In this document: positions 1 through 9,057 of the stretch, one piece after another
Numbering within the stretch: position 1 is the stretch's first letter
How the letters are laid out: each line of letters begins with the position of its first letter
Assembly: GCA_963779415.1 (NCBI GenBank)
Contig: CAVZYA010000001.1
Span: 1,824,001-1,888,000 of the forward strand
Source: an uncultured Acidobacteriota bacterium
Lineage (GTDB): Bacteria > Acidobacteriota > Thermoanaerobaculia > UBA5066
Direction: 5' to 3'
DNA: 64,000 nucleotides
Position numbers and translations under genes: made by a program
Notes under the pieces: model-generated
Databases searched by the model: none
What the model was told of the DNA's origin: nothing
Seen by the model: the letters and a program-made list of their open reading frames with translations, nothing else

Positions 1-512
1 GCCGTCGAGGCGTCGTTCACGGGCCAGAGCTCCCCTTCGACCCGCCCCACGGCCACGCACTCCCCCGGCAGAGGAACGTGGATCCGGTGGTAGTCCTTCG
101 GCGCGAGATAGAGCGTCAGGTAGTGCCCCCCGTCGAAGAGCCGGGCGAGCGGGTCGCCGTCCAGGAGTTCGTCGAGCCCGTACGGCAGCCCCTTGGCCTG
201 GATGAGGGCCCCGTCCGTCACGCGCCCCGCGGCGATCAGCCGCCCGTCGACGGGTGAGTTGATTCCCCCCGGGCTCTCCGGGGTCTGCGGGCGAAGGCCC
301 GGTTTGAGCCGCCGCGTGAAGAAGTCGAGGAAGCTCGCGTAATCGCCGATTTGCCGGTCGGCCTCCTCGAGGTCCACGCCGTACGCCCGCGCGAACCGTC
401 CGTAGACCGGGGCGCGGAGGGCGCGCGGCAGTGTCATCCGCGAAAGAGCCCCCGCGACTGCCGAACCCGCCTTCTTCGGGTAGAGCGAGAGGAGCTGGAG
501 GGAGAGCGGCAT
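1..512 (-). CDS. psd: Phosphatidylserine decarboxylase proenzyme (5' part; runs off the left edge)
   Basis: Manual translation: MPLSLQLL...YGVDLEEA...YASFLDFFTRRLKPGLRP...SPVDG...QAKG..Y...TLYLAPKDYHRIHVP...GELWPVN, all hallmark PSD motifs; GGAGG RBS 6 nt before the ATG at 512. Absent from the ORF track because the stop lies outside the window. Confidence 0.93.
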   Translation of the reverse strand, partial: MPLSLQLLSLYPKKAGSAVAGALSRMTLPRALRAPVYGRFARAYGVDLEEADRQIGDYASFLDFFTRRLKPGLRPQTPESPGGINSPVDGRLIAAGRVTDGALIQAKGLPYGLDELLDGDPLARLFDGGHYLTLYLAPKDYHRIHVPLPGECVAVGRVEGELWPVNDAST

Positions 513-560
513 ACCCATCCTCCCCCGAAGCTACCAGACGGGACGCGGGCGGAGTGAGTC

Positions 561-1508
561 TCAGACCTTTGCCTTGAACTCCTCCGTCGCCTCGACGAGC
601 GCGGAAGCGATGCCCGGCTCGTCGGCGGCGTGTCCCGCGTCCCCGATGAACCGGAGGCGCGAGCCGGGCCAGGCGCGGTGGAGATCCCACGCGGACTGCG
701 CCGGGCAGACGAGGTCGTATCGCCCCTGGATGATCAGGGACGGCACGTGCCGGATCCGCCCGACGTTCCGGAGGAGCTGGTCGTCCGGGTCGAAGAACGA
801 GTCGTTCACGAAGTAGTGCGCCTCGATCCGCGCCAGCGCGATCTCCTTCGGGACGTCCTCCTCCTTCACCGGCTCGAGATTCGGGAAGAGGTGGCTCGCC
901 CGCTCCTCCCAGAGGTTCCAGGCGAGCGCCGCCTCTCTCGAAATCTCGGGCTCGGGCGCCGAGAGTCGGCGAAGGAAGGCGTGCAGGACGTCTCCCCGCT
1001 CGCGCGGAGAGAGCCTCTCGACGAAGGCCTCCCACCCGTCGGGATAGATCCGGCGGCAACCGTCGGAGAAGGTCCAGTCGATCTCGGAGCGGCGGCCGAG
1101 GAAGATGCCGCGGAGGATCAGCCCCTGCACCCGCTCGGGATGCGTCTCGGCGTAGGCGAGGGCGAGCGTGGAGCCCCAGGAGCCTCCGAAGACGAGCCAC
1201 TTCGGGATGCCGAGCCGCTCGCGGATCCGCTCCGTGTCGGCGACGAGGTCCCAGGTCGTGTTCTCCGCGATTTCCCCGAGCGGCGTCGACTTCCCGCACC
1301 CCCGCTGGTCGAAGAGAACGATGCGCCAGAATGCCGGATCGAAGAACCGTCGGTGGATCGGCGAGATTCCCGCCCCCGGTCCGCCGTGAAAGAAGAGAAC
1401 CGGCTTTCCTTCCGGATTCCCCGCTTCCTCGACGTGCAGATCGTGAAGGTCGGAGACGCGGAGGCGGAACGTCCGGTACGGCTCGATCTCCGGGTAGAGC
1501 GGCGGCAT
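561..1508 (-). CDS. pip: Prolyl aminopeptidase (proline iminopeptidase, alpha/beta hydrolase S33)
   Basis: LYPEIEPY N-terminus, HGGPG, DQRGCGKS, GGSWG nucleophile motif, QGRYD and DAGH catalytic motifs. Confidence 0.95.
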   Translation of the reverse strand: MPPLYPEIEPYRTFRLRVSDLHDLHVEEAGNPEGKPVLFFHGGPGAGISPIHRRFFDPAFWRIVLFDQRGCGKSTPLGEIAENTTWDLVADTERIRERLGIPKWLVFGGSWGSTLALAYAETHPERVQGLILRGIFLGRRSEIDWTFSDGCRRIYPDGWEAFVERLSPRERGDVLHAFLRRLSAPEPEISREAALAWNLWEERASHLFPNLEPVKEEDVPKEIALARIEAHYFVNDSFFDPDDQLLRNVGRIRHVPSLIIQGRYDLVCPAQSAWDLHRAWPGSRLRFIGDAGHAADEPGIASALVEATEEFKAKV

Positions 1509-1514
1509 GCCGGA

Positions 1515-1520
1515 AGTTTA
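1515..1520 (-). promoter_or_regulatory. Putative -10 box (TAAACT) 6 nt before the pip ATG; probable leaderless transcript
   Basis: Minus strand reads cTAAACTtccggcATG; no Shine-Dalgarno sequence between the box and the start codon. Confidence 0.45.
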
Positions 1521-1551
1521 AGCCGGAGGCCCGGCCGCGGGCGGACGGCCT

Positions 1552-3081
1552 CTACTCGATCCCGAAAAAGCCGCGGATCTTCGAGAGGAGCGAGCCCTGC
1601 TCCGCCTCGAGCCGGGCGCGCTTCGCCTCCTCGGAGAGCCCCTCGCGGACGGCCGCCAGCTCCACCTCGCGCGCGGCGAGAATCTGCGAGATCTCCCCGG
1701 CGAGGGACGGGCGGGCGGCGAGAATTCCCTGAAAGGCCTCCTTCGTCACGCGCCAGCACTCGACGTCATCGCTCGCGACCACCGTGGCACGCCGCGGTTC
1801 GCCGAGGAGGAGCCCCATCTCCCCGAAGACGACCGGGGCCGTGAGCGTCGCCACGGCGCGCGCCTCGGACCCTTCTACTGATACCCGAACCTCGGCGGTC
1901 CCCTTCGTCAGGACGTAGAGGTGCTTTGCCGGAGCTCCCTGCGCGACGACCGTCTCCCCGGCCCCGTATGGCGCGAAGAGGAGCCCTTCGGCCAGCCGGG
2001 TCTTCTCCTCCGGCGTGAGCGGCGAAAAGAAGGGAACCTGTTCGACGGCCGCGAGGCGGCGGGAGCCGTCTTCCTCCCGCGTTCTCCGCTCCCGCGCGTC
2101 GTCCTCGGCGGTCAGGAGCACGTTCTGCTTCGGGACGGCGAGCGGGATCCCCGCCCGCTTCAGCGCGAACCAGACGCGAGTCCGGACCGCCGAGTCGGTC
2201 GGATCCGGAGCGAGAAAATCCGTCAGCCAGTAGCGCGCGGCGTACTCCGCGGCGCTTCCACGCAGGTCGATGAGAACCACGTCCGGCCGTGGCTCGGACG
2301 ACACGTTCGGGATCGGCTCCCGGCGAAGGGCGTTCGTGACGGCCGCGATCACGGCCGTCGGCGGCACGCGGTTGTCCACCTGGAAATGGACCCAACGGCG
2401 GTCTTTGACCGGCCCTCCGACCGCCCTCCGGCCGAGGAGAAGGACGGGGCTGCGCATCATCTGGTTGTTCGGGATCGAGAGCGTGTCGCCGTTCAGCGTC
2501 TCGACCGAGGTGGTACGCCACGACACCTCGCGGACGACCCCCGTCACGTCGCCGAACCGGATCCAGTCCCCGACTCCCACCGACCGGTCGAGCTGGAGCG
2601 CCAGCCCTCCCATGACGTTCGTCAGGAAATCCTGGAGCGAGAGGCCGAGGACGGCGGTGAGGACCGCCGACGTCGCGACGAGCCCCGCCACGTCCACGCG
2701 GCGGGTGGAGAGGAGCCAGAGGAAGAATGCGACCGCTCCGAGGGCGACGGCCACGTCGCGGAGGATCTTCGAGGGGCGGAGACGGAGAAACGGCAGAACC
2801 GACCCGAACAGGAAGGCGCCGACGAGGCTGATGAGGGCGATCCCCTGAACGAGCTTCGCCACGAGATGGCCGACTTCCGCGGCGCCGGCAAGCCCGGCAG
2901 CCTCCACGACGGCCATCGCGCCCTGCACGACCAGGGACCCGAGGTAGAGCGCGACGAGGCGGAGAACGTGGCGCCGCTCGCGGGGCACGATGGCGAGGAC
3001 CACGAGCGAAAGGAGGACGAACGACGCCCCGAGACGGAGGTCGCCCGCGTCCAGAAATCCCCAGATCCGGATGGAGTCCAT
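1552..3081 (-). CDS. MscS-family mechanosensitive channel with C-terminal cyclic-nucleotide-binding domain (bCNG-like)
   Basis: Several TM helices, MscS core (LGLSLQD..N..GG...VGDWI....GVV.E..WR.T...IPN) followed by a cNMP-binding domain (FFSPL...QG....LY....G..EV...FGEMGLL.GEPRRATV). Confidence 0.88.
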   Translation of the reverse strand: MDSIRIWGFLDAGDLRLGASFVLLSLVVLAIVPRERRHVLRLVALYLGSLVVQGAMAVVEAAGLAGAAEVGHLVAKLVQGIALISLVGAFLFGSVLPFLRLRPSKILRDVAVALGAVAFFLWLLSTRRVDVAGLVATSAVLTAVLGLSLQDFLTNVMGGLALQLDRSVGVGDWIRFGDVTGVVREVSWRTTSVETLNGDTLSIPNNQMMRSPVLLLGRRAVGGPVKDRRWVHFQVDNRVPPTAVIAAVTNALRREPIPNVSSEPRPDVVLIDLRGSAAEYAARYWLTDFLAPDPTDSAVRTRVWFALKRAGIPLAVPKQNVLLTAEDDARERRTREEDGSRRLAAVEQVPFFSPLTPEEKTRLAEGLLFAPYGAGETVVAQGAPAKHLYVLTKGTAEVRVSVEGSEARAVATLTAPVVFGEMGLLLGEPRRATVVASDDVECWRVTKEAFQGILAARPSLAGEISQILAAREVELAAVREGLSEEAKRARLEAEQGSLLSKIRGFFGIE

Positions 3082-3117
3082 GTCCTGGTCCGATTATCTA
3101 CGTCGCCACGTCGGTTC

Positions 3118-4270
3118 TTACGCGGCTTCCCGGAGGAGCTGAACCACCGGGCGGCGGGAGAGGGTGAGGGCGGGGACGGCGCCGGAGACCACGGCGAGAA
3201 GGAGTCCGAAGAGAAGGACCGTCAGGTCGGAGAGGAGGTCCGGGCGGAGGAGATCGCCGAGCCCCTGGAGCTGCGTCTTGTTGAGCCCGAAGCTCGCCAG
3301 CGCGGAGAAGGCGCGGACGAAGAGCATCCCGATCGCCCCTCCGAGGACCCCGTAGAGCGCCGCTTCCGCGAGAAGGATGGCGAGCACGGCACGGCGGCCG
3401 AAGCCGAGGACGCGGAGGACGGCCGTCTCGCCGCGCCGCTCGCGCGCCCCCATCGCGAGGGTATTGCTCGTGATCAGGATGAGGGCGAACGCCGTCGCGA
3501 GGCCGATCGAGCCGATGAGCGCCTTCACGTTCCCGAGCATCTGCATGAACATCAGCTGGTACTGCTTCTCGGTCATGGCGCGGATCGGGGCCGGAGCGTT
3601 CTCGAACCGACGTTCGATTTCGGCCGTCATCGGCGCGACGGCGTCGCGGCTCGTGGCGAGGATCCAGAACATCGCGACGCTCCCCTCGTCCCCGGTCAGC
3701 TGCTCGAAGTACCGGCGGTGGAGGTAGACGCCGTTGTCGAGGTGGTAACCCATGACGGCGCGGACGGTCGCCTCGATGACGCCCCCTCGCACTGGCGCCT
3801 TGAGGACGATCCGAGTCCCCGGCTTCCACCCGAACCGGTCGGCGAGGATCCAGCCGATGAGGGCCCCCGTCGGATCCTCCTTCCACGCGGCGACCTGCTC
3901 TTTCGGAACGTCGGCCTCGGCGTAGACCTTCAGGAACGGGTCGACGTCGGCCTCGAGGACCGGGATCTGGTTCTCGGGCCGGTTGTCGCGGTAGAAGGCC
4001 GACGAGGAAGTCGAACGGCGCGACCTCGCGGACCCCGGGGACCTCCGCGATCTTCGGGAGATACGCCATCGGTAGCTTCTCGAAGAACGACGACTTCGCC
4101 ATGACCATGGCCCGCTGCGCCTGCATGGGGGACCAGTCCTGCTTCAGGGCGTCCGAGAGAAGAAGGAGGAATCCCATCAGGCCGACCGAGAGGCCTATCG
4201 CGAGAATCGTCAGGATCGACCGGAGCGGCCGGGCCAGAAGATGCCGGTGGACGAGGAGGAACGGCGGCAC
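3118..4270 (-). CDS. ABC transporter permease, FtsX/MacB family (one frameshift near 4000)
   Basis: N-terminus RPLRSILTILAIGLSV in ORF 3098-4270; C-terminus ERRGETAVLRVLGF...LLAEA..GG.IG in ORF 3118-3792. Removing one base in GTCGGCCTTCTAC joins them (…FYRDNRPENQIP…). Confidence 0.85.
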
Positions 4271-4277
4271 GGGCCCT

Positions 4278-5366
4278 TTACGCGCGGCCCGGCGCGGCGG
4301 GGATCTTCAGCCGGCAGCCCGGGATCGACTCGATGAAGCCGGCCCCGAACGCCTGCGCGGGGGTCCAGGCTCCCGCCGAAACCTCGCCGGCGACCACTCT
4401 CTTCGCGATCGCGACGGCGGTCTCGGCCGTCAGCGAGTAGCCCTCGGGCGTCTCGAGCGTTCCGGTCACTTCGTGCGTGCCGTCCGAGACGCGGCCCCAG
4501 AGGACAGACCGCTCGCGACGTCGGTCCTCTTCCGTCGGGCCCCGGACGTTCCGGTCCACGCGGGCCTTGAGGAAGCTCTGGACGAATCCGAGCCCGAGGA
4601 CCGGGGCGAGAAACGCGGAGCGCCTCGCGGCCGAGACCGCCGATGGCGGCACCGCCATGTAGACCTCGATGTTCGGAATTCCGGTCGACCGGAAGGCCGT
4701 CGAGACGTCGCCCCACGGGATCGTCATCGCGAGCCTCGGCTTGTCGGGGAAGGGAACGGTCATGGTCTTCCAAGCGGCCGGAACGCGGACGATCTTCCCG
4801 TCCACCCGTGCCGCGCCCCCCTTCGGGATCCCCTCGATCATCGTCTTCATCGTCCCGGCGCTCGACTTGAAGCCCCGGAAGGCGAGCTGAAGGTGCGTGG
4901 CTCCCGGAAGTGCGGCCGCGAGGGAAGCGGCGAGGCAGTCCGAAGGGACGACGTCGAACCCCGTTCCCGGTATTACTGGGATGCCGGCCTTTACGGCCTC
5001 CCGTTCCCTGGCGAAGCAGGCCTCGAAGACATCGATCTCGCCCGTGATGTCGAGGTAGGCCGTCCGGGCGCGGAGGCACGCCTCGAGCGCCGGAGCGCTC
5101 GTCCGCGAGAAGGGCCCCGCCGCGAGGAGGAGCGCTCCGAACGGTTCCAGCATCCGCGTGACGAGGTCGGGATCGGAGAGGGGGAAGCAGAGGGTCTCCC
5201 ACCCGAGCGGCTTCGCGACCGGATCCACCGTCTCCGGACGCCGGCCGCCGAGGACCGCGCGGAAACCTTCCCGGCGGAGAACCTCCGCGATGAGCCGCCC
5301 CGTGTAGCCGCCCGCGCCGTAGAGGAGAAGTCCCCCTTTTTTCCGCGCCGTCGTCATCCGGAACAT
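4278..5366 (-). CDS. Saccharopine-dehydrogenase-like NAD(P)-binding oxidoreductase
   Basis: LYGAGGYTG Rossmann motif, AGPF, YLDITGE, GFDVVPSD, WGDVSTA, GAWTPAQAFG. Confidence 0.85.
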   Translation of the reverse strand: MFRMTTARKKGGLLLYGAGGYTGRLIAEVLRREGFRAVLGGRRPETVDPVAKPLGWETLCFPLSDPDLVTRMLEPFGALLLAAGPFSRTSAPALEACLRARTAYLDITGEIDVFEACFAREREAVKAGIPVIPGTGFDVVPSDCLAASLAAALPGATHLQLAFRGFKSSAGTMKTMIEGIPKGGAARVDGKIVRVPAAWKTMTVPFPDKPRLAMTIPWGDVSTAFRSTGIPNIEVYMAVPPSAVSAARRSAFLAPVLGLGFVQSFLKARVDRNVRGPTEEDRRRERSVLWGRVSDGTHEVTGTLETPEGYSLTAETAVAIAKRVVAGEVSAGAWTPAQAFGAGFIESIPGCRLKIPAAPGRA

Positions 5367-5467
5367 AGTCTCGCACGACGGCGCCGCGCTCCCCCCTCCC
5401 CCGACGGCCCCACGCCGGCGAAAAAAGGAGCGCCATCCCCGTCCGGCGCCGATAACATCCGCGTCCG

Positions 5468-7423
5468 ATGAGCAGCAACGCGCCCGCGCGCGCTCCGCGC
5501 GCCCCGAAAGCCGCCTCCCGGACCCGAGCCCCCGAGAAGTTCGCCGACGCCGAGAAGCTCTACGGCATCGAGAACTGGGGAAAGGGATTCTTCTCCGTCT
5601 CGGACGACGGAAACCTCCTCGTCCATCCGACGCGCGAGAGCGTCCGGTTCATCGATCTGAAGAGCGTCATCGACGACGTCGCCCTGCGCGGCATCTCGAC
5701 GCCCGTCGTCGTACGGTTCCCGCAGATCCTCGCCTCGGCCGTGCGCGAGCTGAACGACGCCTTCGTCGACGCGATCAAGGAGTACGACTACGACGGCGCC
5801 TACCGCGGCGTCTTCCCGATCAAGGTGAACCAGAAGAAGGTCGTCGTGAACGAGGTGATCCATGCGGGGCGGAAGTACTCGTACGGCCTCGAGGCCGGCT
5901 CGAAGCCGGAGCTCCTCGCCTCGCTCTCTTCCGACCTCGGCCCCGACGCGCTCATCACGGCGAACGGCTACAAGGACGAGGCCTTCATCCGGCTCGCGCT
6001 GAACGGCACCCGGATGGGAAAGACCGTCGTCATGATTCTCGAGAAGGTCTCCGAGCTGGAGCGGATCCTCGACGTCGCCAAACGCCGAGGGGTCCGTCCG
6101 CTTCTCGGGATGCGGTCGAAGCTCTACGCGCGCGGCTCGGGAAAGTGGGCGAAGTCCGGCGGCGAGTCGGCGAAGTTCGGCCTCACGACGACCGAGATGC
6201 TCGAGGCCGTCGAGATCCTCAAGTCGAAGAAGATGCTCGACTGCCTCGTCATGCTCCATTTCCACATCGGCTCCCAGATCACCGACATCCGGAAGATCAA
6301 GCAGGCGATCCGGGAGGCGGGGCGCGTCTACGCGAAGCTCCGGCGTTCGGGCGTCGACATCGAGTACCTGAACCTCGGCGGCGGTCTCGGCGTCGACTAC
6401 GACGGGTCGAAGACGGCCTTCGACTCCTCGATGAACTACACGGTCCAGGAATACGCCCGCGACATCGTCTACACGATCAAGACGATCTGCGAGGAGGAGA
6501 AGGTTCCCGTCCCGATCCTCGTGACCGAGTCCGGGCGCGCCGTGACGGCCTTCCACTCGGTCCTCGTCACGAACGTCGTCGACGTGGCGGACCGGCTGGA
6601 GCAGGACCGGACGGTGAAGCTGGACGGCGACGAGAACCACGTCGTCCGTGAGCTGTACGACATCTGGCAGAGCGTGACGGCGAAGAACGTCCGCGAGAGC
6701 TACCACGACGCGATCCAGTACAAGGAGGAGCTCTTCACCCTCTTCAACCTCGGCTACGTCTCGCTCGAGGACCGGTCGAAAGGGGAGATTCTCTTCTGGC
6801 ACGTCTGCGACAAGATCCGCCGGCACCTGAAGTCGCTCAAGGAGATCCCCGAGGAGTTCGAGGACCTCGAGACGATGCTCTCGGACACCTACGTCATGAA
6901 CTTCTCGGTCTTCCAGTCGCTCCCGGACATCTGGGCGATCGACCAGCTCTTCCCGGTCCTCCCGATCCACCGGCTCCGCGAAAGGCCGACCGAGACCGCC
7001 ACGATCGCGGACATCACGTGCGACTCGGACGGGAAGATCGAGAAGTTCATCGACCTCCGTGACATCAAGGAGGCGCTGCCGCTCCACGAGTTCAAGCGCG
7101 CGCACCCCTACTACATCGGCTTCTGCCTCATCGGGGCCTACCAGGACGTCCTCGGCGACCTTCACAACCTCTTCGGGGAGGTGCACGAGGTCCTCGCGAG
7201 CGTGGACGAGGAAGGGCGGACGCGGATCGCGGACGTCCTTCCCGGCGAGAGCTGCGAGCGGGTCCTCTCCTACATGAACTACGACCGCGACGAGATTCTC
7301 GACGGCATCTGGCGCCAGCTCCGCCGCGCGACCGAGCGGAAGAAGGTCAAGGAAGCGGAGGCCAAGGCCATCGCCAAGGACTTCGAGCAGACCCTGACCC
7401 GGTACACGTACCTGGAGGAGTAG
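5468..7423 (+). CDS. speA: Biosynthetic arginine decarboxylase
   Basis: YGIENWG.GFF, FPIKVNQ (PLP lysine), GLEAGSKPEL, HFHIGSQI, GGGLGVDYDG, ESGRA, NFSVFQSLPD.W, DITCDSDG, GAYQ..LG..HNLFG. Confidence 0.97.
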   Translation: MSSNAPARAPRAPKAASRTRAPEKFADAEKLYGIENWGKGFFSVSDDGNLLVHPTRESVRFIDLKSVIDDVALRGISTPVVVRFPQILASAVRELNDAFVDAIKEYDYDGAYRGVFPIKVNQKKVVVNEVIHAGRKYSYGLEAGSKPELLASLSSDLGPDALITANGYKDEAFIRLALNGTRMGKTVVMILEKVSELERILDVAKRRGVRPLLGMRSKLYARGSGKWAKSGGESAKFGLTTTEMLEAVEILKSKKMLDCLVMLHFHIGSQITDIRKIKQAIREAGRVYAKLRRSGVDIEYLNLGGGLGVDYDGSKTAFDSSMNYTVQEYARDIVYTIKTICEEEKVPVPILVTESGRAVTAFHSVLVTNVVDVADRLEQDRTVKLDGDENHVVRELYDIWQSVTAKNVRESYHDAIQYKEELFTLFNLGYVSLEDRSKGEILFWHVCDKIRRHLKSLKEIPEEFEDLETMLSDTYVMNFSVFQSLPDIWAIDQLFPVLPIHRLRERPTETATIADITCDSDGKIEKFIDLRDIKEALPLHEFKRAHPYYIGFCLIGAYQDVLGDLHNLFGEVHEVLASVDEEGRTRIADVLPGESCERVLSYMNYDRDEILDGIWRQLRRATERKKVKEAEAKAIAKDFEQTLTRYTYLEE

Positions 7424-7446
7424 GGCTCTCCGGCTGGCGCGCGAAG

Positions 7447-8181
7447 TCAGGAGGGCGCGTACGGCAGGGGAAGCGACTGCAGGATCGCCCTCGGGTTCTG
7501 GCCGAAAAGGCCCATCGCGGCGTCCATCCCCCACCCTTTTCGCACCCACTCGTGCGCCGCGGCGAGGCGCGGGGGGCGCCGGAGAAGGGAGTGGGCGTCG
7601 GACGCGACGACGTGCACGATGCCGAGCCGAAAGAACTCGTCGCAAGCCCTCCGCGCCGTCCGACCGAAGTCACCAAGCAGGCTTCCGGCGGTGATCTGCA
7701 CGGCGGCCCCGCGGCGCACGAGCTCGGCCAGCCGCTTCGGCTCACGGGCGAATACGAGATTGCGCTCCGGATGGGCGACGATGGGACGGACGCCGAGTAC
7801 CGCGAGTTCGTGAAAGACGGCCGCCGCCGTCGGCGACACGAAACCCGCCTCGAACTCGACGAGAAGGTACGACCCCCGGGCGAGGCCGGTGAGCGGGTTC
7901 CTCTCCTTCCGTTTGACGAAGGCGATCAGCTGATCGGAGAAGAGAACCTCGCATCCGGCGAACACCTGGGGCGAGCCCTTCAGACGAGTGTTGAGCGCCG
8001 CGAGCAGCCGGTCCCGCACGACCGGATTCCCGTTGATCCAGGGATCCCGGAAGACATGCGGCGTCGCCACGATCTTCTTGGTCCCGTCGGCCGCCGCGGC
8101 CCGGCAAAGCGCCACGGCATCTTCCCAGCTCGCCGGGCCGTCGTCGATTCGCGGCAGACAGTGAAAGTGCAGGTCGATCAA
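7447..8181 (-). CDS. PHP-family protein-tyrosine phosphatase (CpsB/CapC type)
   Basis: IDLHFH.LP..DDG, ATPH, AHPERN and ASDAH motifs; directly downstream of the OPX gene. Confidence 0.92.
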   Translation of the reverse strand: MIDLHFHCLPRIDDGPASWEDAVALCRAAAADGTKKIVATPHVFRDPWINGNPVVRDRLLAALNTRLKGSPQVFAGCEVLFSDQLIAFVKRKERNPLTGLARGSYLLVEFEAGFVSPTAAAVFHELAVLGVRPIVAHPERNLVFAREPKRLAELVRRGAAVQITAGSLLGDFGRTARRACDEFFRLGIVHVVASDAHSLLRRPPRLAAAHEWVRKGWGMDAAMGLFGQNPRAILQSLPLPYAPS

Positions 8182-8217
8182 GACGTGGCGACCTCATCCC
8201 CGGCCGGCCGTGCCGCT

Positions 8218-9057
8218 CTAGAAGAACGACTCCTTCACGACGACGATGTCGTCGGCTTTCAGGACCGGGTCCGGGTCCTTGCCGGCCAGGATGCGGTTGT
8301 ACTCGTACACGGTCTCGACATCCTTTCCCGAGGCGTCCCGGCGCTTGACGCGAATCGTCTTCGAGGCCCTGTCCGTCAGACCGCCCGCCTTCGCGAGGAC
8401 CGACAGGAGCGAGATCCGGTCGTCCGCGGCGAGCTCCACCGCTCCCGGGATCTTGACTTCGCCGATGCAATAGATCCGGACCAGGGTCTTCCCCGGGATG
8501 TTGACGACGTCGCCCGGATAGATCGGAATGTTCCAGACCTGCGTCGCATTGCGGAACAGGTCGTCGGTCGAAACCTCCAGCGTGTCCGAGAGCCCCTTCT
8601 CACCCCTCCGCAGGATGTAGATCTTCCGGCCCGCTCCCTCCGTGAGGCCTCCGGCCGCCGAGATCGCCTGAAGGAGGAACCAGCGTCCCGAGATGTTGAG
8701 CGAGCCCGAGTGCTGGACGGCACCCACGATGGAGACCGGCTTGTTGGCAAAATCCTTGATCACCACCGACACGTCGGCACGATTGACGTACTTTGACTTC
8801 AGGAGAGCGTCGAGCTGGTTCCGGATCTCCGCCGCCGTCAGCCCGGAGACCGGGAAGTCCCCGATCATCGGAAGCGAGATCGTCCCGCCGTCGCTCACCC
8901 GCCGCTCCACGTTCAGCTCCGGAATCTCGATGACCTTGATCTCGAGGAGGTCTCTCGGTCCGACGCGATACTCGCCCGTCACGTCCTCGGCGAGGACTCC
9001 GGCCGAAGCCACCAGCAGCGCGAGCAGAATCGCCAGTATTGAGGTGCCTTTCGTCAT
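8218..9057 (-). CDS. wza: Polysaccharide export protein (OPX/Wza family, short form with SLBB domains)
   Basis: Signal peptide, Poly_export motif YRVGPRDLLEI...V..GG.ISLP.IG, two SLBB repeats (GAV..SG...LLQAI..AGG; GEV..PG...AGGLT), ends DDIVVVKESFF. Confidence 0.9.
   Translation of the reverse strand: MTKGTSILAILLALLVASAGVLAEDVTGEYRVGPRDLLEIKVIEIPELNVERRVSDGGTISLPMIGDFPVSGLTAAEIRNQLDALLKSKYVNRADVSVVIKDFANKPVSIVGAVQHSGSLNISGRWFLLQAISAAGGLTEGAGRKIYILRRGEKGLSDTLEVSTDDLFRNATQVWNIPIYPGDVVNIPGKTLVRIYCIGEVKIPGAVELAADDRISLLSVLAKAGGLTDRASKTIRVKRRDASGKDVETVYEYNRILAGKDPDPVLKADDIVVVKESFF

Noticed and set aside
4278-7423. Saccharopine-dehydrogenase-like gene divergent from speA as a carboxyspermidine (polyamine) pathway
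   Set aside because: The protein has the YGAxGYTG/YLDITGE/GFDxxPSD signature of a different subfamily, and no carboxyspermidine decarboxylase or agmatinase is adjacent.
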